Of a stretch of 64,000 bases of DNA, positions 1 through 10,425 are shown piece after piece. The translations under genes were made by a program, and so were the position numbers. Within the stretch, counting starts at the first letter, position 1. Each line of letters opens with the position of its first letter. The stretch is from Psilocybe cubensis (lineage: Eukaryota). The stretch spans positions 2,046,001 to 2,110,000 of the forward strand of contig CM039002.1 in NCBI GenBank assembly GCA_017499595.2, read 5' to 3'. A model generated the notes under the pieces. It made no database searches, was not told the origin of the DNA, and worked only from the letters and a program-made list of their open reading frames with translations.

Positions 1-2631
1 AATTATTGGAAGATTTTTTGTTTTGGTATTTTGACTCTTTCGTGTTGCTATTGCTCAAGGTAGGTATCTTTCTCAAGCATACTATATTGCTTGACTTGTC
101 ATCTGATCATATGCATGCTAGACAAATTTCTACGTGACGGACTCCTCTGCTTTCCGTAACAATGTTCTCTATTTCAGACATGACGACTGGGCAACCTTAT
201 GCGCTCCGTTGGTTGAAAGGTTGACATCTGTTACCTTCGAAAAGCTTACAGATGTATGTTTTGTTTTCCTTATATCCTAATACACTCATCAATTCTGTAT
301 TCTTTGTACTCAGGAGGAGGCAGCCGCCATCTTGCGACAACGCAAATTGGGATTCTCATTTGTACGCCTTCTACCTAAAGAAACTGGTGTCAGGCCTATT
401 GTCAATCTTCGAAGAAGGAAAGCGTCAGCAAAGGTATTGTGTATTCCTTTAAATATACCAATATGCACCAAATGCATACTATCGCAGGGCTCCTATGGCA
501 ATGAACAGTCGATCAATCAGATCCTCCAAGGCGCCTTCAGTATTTTGACCTATGAACGGGTACGTAGTTTGCTTTTTTATGTAGTCTTATGTCGTATAAT
601 TGGTTTTGACAAACTTACTGTGCCCAGAGTAACCAGCCTGAAAATCTCGGAGCGTCGATCTTCAATTATAATGATATATGCCTGAAGTTAAAAAAGCTGA
701 AAGCCAGTCTTCCGAGAGACTCGAAAGGTGGATTGTGAGTCGAATCACCACCCTATGTCTTAACAAGTTACTAAGAATCGAAGTAGACCCAAACTTTACT
801 TTGTGAAGCTAGATGTCCAGGCCTGTTTCGATACCATTGACCAAACAAAGTTGCTGCACGTTATACGCCAGCTGATATCAGAGGTACAGGGAATTTCTCT
901 GATTAAGTTTTGAAGGGAATCTTATAACTTATTAGGATGTATATATGATTCAAAAATACGGACAAGTACGGTCGTTAGCTGGCAAAATCAGAAGAATGTT
1001 CCTCAAGAAGGCAGTTCCTGAAGGTGCGATTGCTTTTTCCAAGATCATGAAGTGACAAAGATTTATTTCTTTGCACATAGATGACCATCCTCATTTCATG
1101 CGTTATGCTGCTGACCTGGCTGGCTCCCTTCGCGATGTAATTTTCGTGGACCAGGTAGGCTTCATGTTTCATTCTGAACTTTGTCGACGTCCTGACCACA
1201 ATAGGTGGTTTATCCTCTTTCTAAGAAGCAGGAAGTTCTACAACTTCTCGAAGAACATATCACCGAAAATATTGTCAAGGTATCTTTCTTGCCTCGTGTA
1301 ACTGAACACTGATGGATGTAGACTGTTCTTAGATAGGCTCCACATACTATCGTCAGATGGTCGGCATTCCACAGGGATCCATTCTTTCGACTATATTATG
1401 CTCTTTCTTCTATGGAGACCTCGAAAAGAGATTTGGAAAATATACTGAAGATCCACATAGCGTGAGTGCAGCAAAATTTCACGTAAATATTATCTAACCA
1501 AAGGTATAGGCCCTTCTGCGACTTACTGATGATTATTTATTTGTTACGACAAATCTCGAGTCTGCGAAGGGATTTTTAAACATGATGAAAAAAGGTTCGC
1601 CGGCTAGACATTTCCGGTTAGCAACGAAGGCTGATATCTTTGTAGGTCATCCGGAATATGGATGCTTCATCGCACAAGACAAAACTTTAACGAACTTTGA
1701 ACATGGTGACCATACGCTGAATGTATTGGACCTAACTCAAAAATGTGTGTGTTGTCATATTTTCAGAACATCCTCAATTTTTGACGGATTAATCAAGCTT
1801 TTCCTTGGTGCGGCCTTCTGATTGGAATGCAAGACTTATCAGTTAGGGTGGACTACAGTCGATACAACGGAAGCGGTAAGCGATTCATGATCCTCTTTTC
1901 TTTGAAGAGTATGATTTTGAGCGTTATCACGAGCAGGAATCGGAAGCACGCTAACCGTAGACAGAGGCCGACGCCCTGGCGTATCTTTCATCTACAAGAT
2001 GCTGCAGTACGTATAGCGGCGGGCTGTGTGTTATAATTATGCTGACAAGCCGGAACGGTACAGGCCAGTCAAGCGAAAAAGTCATGCAATATTCTCTGAT
2101 CGCGAGCTCAACAGCAAACACATTGTATACCTGAACATCTATCAGAATTTGCTTCTGACGGCGCTGAAGATGGACGCTTACATTTCAGCGCTGGGAGAGG
2201 GTGGAAAGAAGAATACGGCTTTCCTGCGCAGTAAGTGTACAGTGCGGTCAAGGGCTAGCTAGCCTGATCGTTTTCTATCTTTACCCGTGAAGGTGTCATC
2301 CAAAAGACAATCGTGTATAAGTACACGTCTGTCCGTATGCACGCACGGAGCGAAGGCAACCAGAATGACGGTACCAACTCTGATATTCACAAAGAGGCTG
2401 TGATGTGGTGAGTCCGCTCCTGCCCATTTTTATCTCACCAAGAATGACGCCCTTGGCAGGCTCGGCAATCATGCCTTCCAGTATATCCTGAGCCGGAAGC
2501 CCCAGAAATACAAGGCATTGGTGTGGTGGTTGAAGGTAGAAATGGGGAGGATGAAGCGTAAATCGTACTGCTACCAGTTCAAAGAGCTGGTCACAGAGGG
2601 TCAGAAGGACTTTGCTGTGATCGCAGTCTGA
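1..2631 (+). CDS. TERT: Telomerase reverse transcriptase, multi-exon, 5' part outside the window
   Basis: Spliced translation shows the T motif FYVTDSSAFRNNVLYFRHDDW, motifs 1/2 VRLLPKETGVRPIVNL, motif A YFVKLDVQACFDTI, B' GIPQGSILSTILCSFFYGDLE, C LLRLTDDYLFVT and E FPWCGLLI. Last exon ends ...DFAVIAV* (TGA 2629-2631). Confidence 0.97.
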
Positions 2632-3109
2632 TCTTGAGCTGAATGTCGGGGACGCATCGAAGGATCTGCGGTAGTGCTTTGTCAAAAGATTGGCGGACAC
2701 GTGACCATTCCCGCCGGATGATGACTTCTCTCGGAAAACGGACGGTTGACGCACGTGAGGAGGCGCGGCGTAACAGCCTGTCACCCCCCTCACTGTAAAT
2801 GTGTCACGCTGACCGTCGTCTTCCATTTTGGGAAGGCGTGATGGTCGATCGTCACCTCGCTTTACGCATGTTTCGTACTCAACCTATTGCTCCCCGTTGC
2901 CTCTATACCTCTTTTATTCGCTTCTCCGTCTATCGTTACCGCTTTTGCTAATTTCTCTTAATTACAGATGCAACTATGACCTCATTTCCAAAGGCTTTGA
3001 ATTGCCAGCAGCAGCAACATCAACAAATCCGATCAGGAATCTCTATGGACCTACGCTTGTGTTGGCTCTCATCTTTGTCTTGACAGTCCTCGCTCTTCTT
3101 CCTGGGGCA

Positions 3110-4793
3110 ATGGAAGAACTTCAAAGCATCAATAAGTCATCAATTCTGTTGGAGGTTGATGTTGAGAAAGGGCCGCCTCAGTCAGATGCAAGCAGGCTTC
3201 CGCTTCCCGCTCAGTCCAAAGGAGGTTCAGGGATCACGGTTTGCTACGTCGATGTGTGAGTCTTTCTGTTTTTACTTATATATTCCATTTCTAATGTAGT
3301 TTTATAGTTTTAATATGAAGAAAGCTGATTTGGTAGACCTGTGTCGCCAATACAAGCTTCCTGTTTCCGGTACAATCAAGGTTCTTATCGAGAGATTACA
3401 GGAGTTTAGTGGTCAGCGAGAACAATGGGACCGGTTAGCCTACTCTCTCTGTGCTTTCCTTCTAGGTGTTTATTATAGCTAATCTATTCCTACAAGACTC
3501 ACTACAGGTGTTGCTCGTCGTTCTCATCTTGGGTTTAGCACCCATTCTTCTACAAAACCAACAGCCAGCCACAAAAAGTCAGTGCAGCGTCGTGAAAAAA
3601 TGTTTTTGGAGTCAACAAATACAGAAAATGGCAATCCGAAATCTCTTCCATCTATTCTATCAACGGCAGTTCAGCCCTCTCATCAATGGTGTCAAACTCG
3701 TCGAGCTGCCGATCTTGATTGGGTACGCATGTTGTATATTTGTTTAGTTGCCCTACAACTCATACTAAGCCCTCATTTGATGCTACAGGCACGTTATATT
3801 GTCAATTTATACCCATATCGTAGAGAAGAAACTAGGAATAGGTTGGCAGAGCGTGATGCGGCACAATTTAATCAGAAACGACTGGTAAGTAGTAAACATT
3901 CTTATTATTGTTTTATCATTAATTGTATCTATATATCTAGTTCTCAAGCTCAAATGACGATGACGTTAAGGCTGGGATTGAGATAGCGAATGGCCATCTC
4001 TTAAAAATTGTCAACTGGGTTGAAGCTGGGACTACTTCTCCTCATCCAACTCCATCGCCCTCTCATCAGCTTCAACCAAGCACATCCCACTTTTCGGTGG
4101 CAGCTACTAAGGATTTGCAAAATTCTCAAGGTCATTCAATTTCTGCTTCTACCACAACCACTCCTACTCGCACAGTAACTATGGCTAGTGGATCTATTAC
4201 TTTTTCATCATCCGATGTTCCACCACCACCCGCTGTTTCATTTGCTTCTGATATTCCTGGATTGAATCGCATGTGGGACGATACAAGCATTTATTGGGAT
4301 GGATATTCTGTGCTTACAATTAAGGGAACGGCCATTCCTATTGTATACTGGAAGGAGATATACACCTCTAAGGGTAGTGTTGAATGGAAGCCGAAGCAGT
4401 GGGAGTCACTCAAAGGGAAATTTTTTGATTGGAAGGTAACTGGCTAATGTTCATTCTTGAATCTTGATGAATATGTTTTGACCGCTTTTTGCTCAGATTC
4501 TTGTCCATCAATGGCGACAAGGATCTCCCGAAGATTTCTGGGCTAAATTCACCAAAGACGGCAAGATACTGGGCTATCGTCAAATTCTTGATCAACTCGC
4601 TGAACAAAGAACTGCTCATGATGCACTTTTTGCACAACAGATTATGCACGAGTATGGTAATCAATTTTCATCTATTTTTTCTTATGTTAAGAATGGGACA
4701 AGACATGTCAAGACAAAACCTTGTCATATTATTAAGCAGTACCGTAGGATGAAGGGTCTCATTAACGAAGACGACAATGATGAGGATAATTAG
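3110..4793 (+). CDS. SAP-domain DNA-binding protein with a Trp-rich C-terminal domain (multi-exon)
   Basis: Exon ~3308-3433 reads FNMKKADLVDLCRQYKLPVSGTIKVLIERLQEF, matching the SAP helix-loop-helix pattern. Later exons read DIPGLNRMWDD...IVYWKEIY...QWESLKGKFFDWKILVHQW. Stop TAG 4791-4793. Confidence 0.7.
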
Positions 4794-4842
4794 TTGATTA
4801 TGTTTTTGCTCCAATATCTTACATCAATTATATATAATTTTA

Positions 4843-6526
4843 CTATGCACAGTGACATGTTCGTCCACACATAAAGCACTTGACTGCAGGTGGTTTATCA
4901 GAATTAAAAAAGTCTTCTCGACGCTGTGTTGGGTTATCATTCCAAGATATTAGATATCTCACAATAGTGAGATTAGAAAATTCAGTACTCCATCCACCCC
5001 ATTCACAAATAGTGCGAATAGACCAACGTCTTTCTGATGAAAGGTATTGGCAACCACCACGACGGAAAGAGTGTGTTCCATATGGTATTGGATCAACGCC
5101 AATATCAAGAAGATTGTTTCGGAACAGCTCAAGAAATTGCTCTGATGTCTATTTGAATGAGAAATAAGTAGAAGCATTTGTATAAATAGCATACCATGGG
5201 TATGTTATCAGCCGATGGCCTATCCCCAGATGCAATCTTTCGAAAAATGTAGCCATCGGTAATCTCGCTTGCATCAAGCCAATTTGCCATTGCACGAACA
5301 GGACAAAGATGAGCCTCATTTTCTGCTAGTAACCGCAGATAAAATGGCTTAATTCCTAAAGAAATATATATTAGAATAGACTTCAAATAGTTTAAAAAAG
5401 TTTTACCGCCATGCTGATGTGTTTTGCGAAATGGTAGTGTAAGAACCAGTCCAGGTGGATTCATCTGATAAACAATATGTTCACGTCGGATTTTCAATAC
5501 CTCATCTGATCGGAGTAGACAGAGAAAAGCAATTGTATAAATTGCCTCAAGAGCGCGTCGGGCTAATCCTCCTCCCCAATGGTTGCTATCTTGTTCTTTT
5601 CTAGACCCTGGAGCATAGGGTTTGATATCATAGTTTTCGGATTTATGATTTTCATCATAAAGAGCTTTTAGAGTAGCTGAGGTGATTGCGCGTGCACTTG
5701 TTGGTGTTTCACCATTTCGAATCTAAAAAGGAGATATATAGTCAAAACTACAGCCAATCAAGCAATTTGAGTGCAACTTGAACATTACCTTCCGAGCACG
5801 CAAACTCATCATGTATGTTGCTACGGTGTCGGATACTGATGGATTTCCTATCATTTTACCCGTAAGCTCATTTCTTCTCCACCTATCTGAGCCTAAACCA
5901 AGTTCACGTCCAAAAAGATATGTCATAGACGCTCTCATCTTTTGGCCATGTACATAGGAATCACGGACAACATGTGTTGGCTTTAAAGTTCCATCAAGAT
6001 AAATATCATCGCATCTAGAAAATACGGTAGTTTGAAAAAAATTCCAATAGAGAAAATCAATAAGCTTACTTGTCCATAATCCATGCCGCAATGAAAAAAG
6101 GTGCATCGTCGGGTGGATTGCAACAAGCAAAATCTTCACGTTTTTTAATCATGTTCTTGCTAATCAGAAACTTGATACATTGCTTGATAAGACTAGAATA
6201 AAAACAAAATAAGCGCACTATTTAGAAATGAAGACAGGATAGTATTACCGCTGATAATCAGCATCAGTTTTGTCTGTGACTCCTTTAGATGCACCAGTAA
6301 TTGTATCTCGCCACTTGGAAGCTGTTGGATTGTGGCTATCTAAATCTTCACTAGAAAGATCATGAAGTGACAGATTGGGCAGAGTCTCTGTTTCACCGTC
6401 GAGATCGTTTTCAACGTCTTCTGGTATAAATGGTTCATTTTCAATAGTAGGAGAAGGACTGCCAGATATAATGGAGTTTAGACCGGCATAGATTGAGTTT
6501 GAGGGCACCACCATTGAGGAAAGCAT
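4843..6526 (-). CDS. Tyrosine recombinase / DNA breaking-rejoining enzyme (multi-exon)
   Basis: Spliced reading frame is open and has the catalytic residues in order: R (FLCLLRSDEVL), K (FRKTHQ), HxxR (YGTHSFRRGGCQY), W (EWGGWS) and Y (IVRYL). It also has HLCPVRA, an N-terminal GNPSVSDTVATYMMSLRARK motif and a C-terminal CFMCGRTCHCA*. Confidence 0.92.
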
Positions 6527-6741
6527 AGTAGGGATTAGATTTAAGAAATTGTAGCGGAAAGGAGTACACTGATTAGAATATATACTTTTGTAAAGCTTAC
6601 TGCGGACAAAACAGATAGGAGTAGTAGACTCATTTGAAACACATTGTAAGAAGGCAATTTACAGCAAGGAGGCGATCTAGTGGCATTATGGTGAAGACAC
6701 GCTCAAACACGTAAAAAAACAAATATAAGCCATACCTAATT

Positions 6742-8342
6742 CTAAATACCCTCCATCATATTACTTGGAATCCATGCACGTAGCTTTGGAAGACAATTTT
6801 GAATCCAAGAATCGACACTTGATTGATCAAATCGAGGATTTTCTTGAGCCGCTCGAAGCCTATTAATGCCATCTTGAATAATGTCTTTTGGAAAATCAAT
6901 CTTGACACGTAATTCCGGAGAGCGCTTGCTAGATTGTCGCTTCCCAACAATTTGGCCAAAAAACATGTGGCCATAATAATGAAAGCCAATATCCCGAGCT
7001 CGAGCAATTTGCATTGCCGACCTAAGTGCAATTCCAGGAAGAATGCTGTTAGACAGGTGGCGTAACATAACCACAGCATCTGTACCCCATACGAAATGAT
7101 CTTCGGCAAATAGCATCATGGCTGGAAGAGATAGTTGACGAGAAAAAAGAACTGGAATGAGATCATCGGATACAACAGGATGGAGATAATAGCTTAGTAT
7201 ATCGGAAGAGGGAAAGTCTGCCGGAAGATTGTGGGCCAAAGATGGGCAGCGGCGAGGTAAATGAAATGAAGAATTGCTATGAGCTTCACTTATTAGCTGG
7301 CTTCGCCATTCATGTAGGAATTGTTGCTGTGCTTCTTGACTGTAGTTGTTTTCCTTAAGGCCACACGCTAGTGATCGACCAAAACCAGCTTTTGCAAGTC
7401 CAAGTGCTGTTTCAATGCCACAGCCTTTGACTCCACCCTTAATAAAAAAAAGTTATAATACAATTAATAGAAAGAATAAATTGGAAAATTACAGGATTGT
7501 AGTCGCCACCAACCAATAGTGCAATAAGAACCATATCCTCGCTATTCATCTGAAGAGCTTGAAGAATATCAGATGATCGATATACAACCACCTGTTCATC
7601 ATCGGACACATCTTCATCGCTATTAAAATGCCATATTAAAATTTAGATTGAGTTGAGCTAAAAGTGTACTTACATTCGCAAGACAGTTGTGGTACCAAAT
7701 ACAATACTATCAGAGTCTTCTGTAAGAACGGCATCGAGATAGTCCTCCTTTGTAAGTCTGGCAAGCTCCGCTTCAGCTTCACCAGGTGCCTATTCCCATA
7801 ATATGTATGAGCCGCCCAAGCCTTAGGCTACTGCAATAACCAATAAAGAACATACCTCACACCAAATAAAACCGTAAGCATCTAACAGCGATTTGAAATC
7901 AGCTTCAATCCAGTGGCGATTTCCCCTTATGTTCTTTTTGCGCTTTATACTTGGTTTGTTGGGGCCATCAAAGACAAAGATGGGCAGAATAGGAAGCGAG
8001 TATAGGCGGCTACAGCGAGCATTTAGAGTAGCAAGCTCCATATTCTTTGTAGCACCGTGTCGGTAGCATGCACGGTAAATCCACCCCCTATTGTCAATAA
8101 CACCGAATCAATTTATGTTTTTGAAAAAGAAATCAACAATATATACATACATTGCATCAACACCAAGCCTATATCCTCGGGTTCCTTGACGGTTTGACAT
8201 AAATCCATCCTCAACAGCCAGACGTTGAAACGAGGCTCGTGTTGCTACAGGGTCTAGTAGCTACATAAATCCAATCTGTCAGCAGCTACGTGCAAGAGTC
8301 ATAGAAAGTCATACGCACCTTCCACAGGCCTTTAACGCCCAT
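6742..8342 (-). CDS. XPG/Rad2-family (PIN-like) nuclease, GEN1/Yen1-like; 3' end approximate
   Basis: Spliced translation gives MGVKGLWK, RLGVDA, PIFVFDGPNKPSIKR, APGEAEAELA, DAVLTEDSDSIVFG, LLVGGDY and GVKGCGIETALGLAKAGFG, i.e. XPG-N, XPG-I and H3TH motifs with the acidic catalytic residues present. Confidence 0.9.
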
Positions 8343-8602
8343 CGTATGGAGGCTAAACGAAAGCTAGATCAATAGCGGACAAAAGATAGATATAAGATAA
8401 ACCCACCCGAAATGTTTTGCAAATGTCTAAGCATCAATGTCTGTGAACAGAAACGCATACAGACCACGATAATGAGCCAAACTATTACAAAAGGGGTATT
8501 ATTTGAGCAAAGATTGTGATCTACACAAAAAACTCAAGAGTTCTAGCTGTAATTTAAAATAAATCATATTAATTTTGTAAAAGCGGAGTAGTAGAACAAA
8601 TG

Positions 8603-8710
8603 CACGGCAATAAACACCTCATGCTAGCCATACAGAAGCGCCTCGGCCCAGGGATGATCCTTAGTTTCTTCTGTACGGCTAGCATGTGGTGCCTAGCAGA
8701 CACGGCAATA
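8603..8710. repeat. 24-bp-arm inverted repeat bracketed by a 10-bp direct repeat
   Basis: CACCTCATGCTAGCCATACAGAAG (8615-8638) pairs with CTTCTGTACGGCTAGCATGTGGTG (8668-8691) with 2 mismatches. CACGGCAATA occurs at 8603-8612 and 8701-8710. Confidence 0.85.
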
Positions 8711-9305
8711 TAATAGAATAATATTTTTCAGTACTTGAAAAGCACAACCATAGGCCTGTGTACGTGTCTGCATGCATGCGAAGAAAGGATTTGAGGTGGC
8801 GGCAGTGATGCAAGGAAAGATGATGGATGGTGTGAATGTGTATCTATAGCTTATACTCAGTAATACGAATAAAATCAAGAATCAAAGAAGAGGGCACTGG
8901 CAGCCTAGTGTATGCCCAGGCATGAGTATTCCTGGGCTGCCATTGTGCGACGAAAAGGATGGGGGTATTCCATAATAAAGTATCAGAACACACCTAGATT
9001 CCAATTCTATCCTCTACGTAGCACCCTAAATCAAACAATCTAGCTTGCGCTGCAGGGCAATTTGCATGACTAAACGGCTCCGTTGAGCGACAACACTGCA
9101 AAAAAAATGCTAAGATACTTACCGGAGTGAGCCTCTTGACCAACCTACGAGACAGACGTATCTCATAAATTATAGCACCACACAGCTGATGGAGGGAGAT
9201 GTGCATGGATGGGACGCAAGGAGGAGGTGCATGAACGGGAGAGAGCAGGAATCATCGATTCAACCAACACGCGTGCCAGCACTACACGTGATTGGACGTG
9301 CTGAT

Positions 9306-9362
9306 TGTAATTCACGCGACTCCTGTAAATTCACGCGACTCCTGTAAGATTCACGCGACTCC
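9306..9362. repeat. 3x tandem repeat TGTAA(A/GA)TTCACGCGACTCC
   Basis: Identical 13-bp core TTCACGCGACTCC at 9311, 9330 and 9350. Confidence 0.9.
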
Positions 9363-10425
9363 CTGGTTAAAACACGCGTTACGCACGTTGTATATGGCAG
9401 TGTCGTGCCTCGGCAGCAGGCATTAGTGTAGTACGTGAGATAACAAGGTGTGAACGTCATTCTCTCACTATGAACTGTCTTTTTTTACAGTAGAACTGTC
9501 TTTTATTGGCCCAATTGAGGTAAGCTTGATGCCGTATTTGCCTTCTGATCGTCATTTCTGAGCCTTGGCTCAATTTCGTAGTTTCCAATCTCGCCAATTA
9601 GTCAATACGTTAGTCACACCAATCCACGGCAATCCACCCTACGTAAAAAAGAATGTTTTATTGTTCAATTCTACGGTTATGGTGTGTAGTGCGGCATTGA
9701 ACCTTAAGCTTAGCCAAACTCAAAACCCACTGCCCTCCTGCGAGGAATTTCTCTATGGAACGGGTCCCTTGAACGTGCTCCAGCAAACTCTAAGTTTTTA
9801 CAGAAGGTCAGAATCTGAGTCGTAATAATATGTCATATTAGTTAGATCCGGTAAACTACAAATCAGCACGAATATGTAGCTTTAAAACAAGCCTTGTTCC
9901 CCCTCTCCTTCTTTCCATCTTTCTGCGTCCGTCGTCGGTGTCAAAGCATCTCGAAAAAAATGCCTGTTGCAATTGATTCATCCGCCCTAGTATGGCAGTG
10001 AGTAGGGTTTTATGTACTATCTGGTCGCAAGCTTGCTCCATGCTTTTACTGTTACTTGTGCCCTCAGAACTTTTCGTTTTTCTTGCTGCTGCCATCCCGA
10101 GGCCCTCCACGGCGACGCCGTTTGAACCCGTTTTGAGTGATCGAGGGCACCTCGGCACACCTCTCGTGCGAGGGTTGTGCGAGGGTTAGGGTCGATCGTA
10201 ACGCTGTGACCGATGGCGCCGATCGCTTTGTCAGGCTGTGCCAACCGTCTTTCTGCTCGGTCGCAGCTGTACTTCCCGGGGCGCTTTGTGAACATTGTTA
10301 TTACTACTACTGGGTCTCTTTGAATCGGGCCCGACCCAGGTCAATAAATTGAAATAGGCATCTGAATTTTATCTCAACTCAAGCTCACGATCACGCACCC
10401 GGGTATCTTATTTCCATAGTCTTCC

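Larger units (their letters stand above)
2690..9470. mobile_element. Putative tyrosine-recombinase (Crypton-like) DNA element with three genes (SAP protein, YR, XPG/GEN1-like nuclease); boundaries approximate
   Basis: Intact YR gene, tightly packed non-housekeeping genes and an AT-rich interior, sitting between TERT and GPx. GC-rich imperfect inverted repeats lie at the left edge and a tandem array at the right edge. No RT/RNase H/gag, TIR or TSD was recognised. Confidence 0.6.

Noticed and set aside
9306-9362. CRISPR-like array
   Set aside because: Only three short units with no unique spacers, eukaryotic context, no cas genes.
2690-9470. DIRS/Ngaro retrotransposon or Starship
   Set aside because: No gag, RT or RNase H and no split or inverted long repeats inside. 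The nearby RT motifs belong to TERT (T motif present). The YR is internal and does not resemble a DUF3435 captain at an element 5' end.
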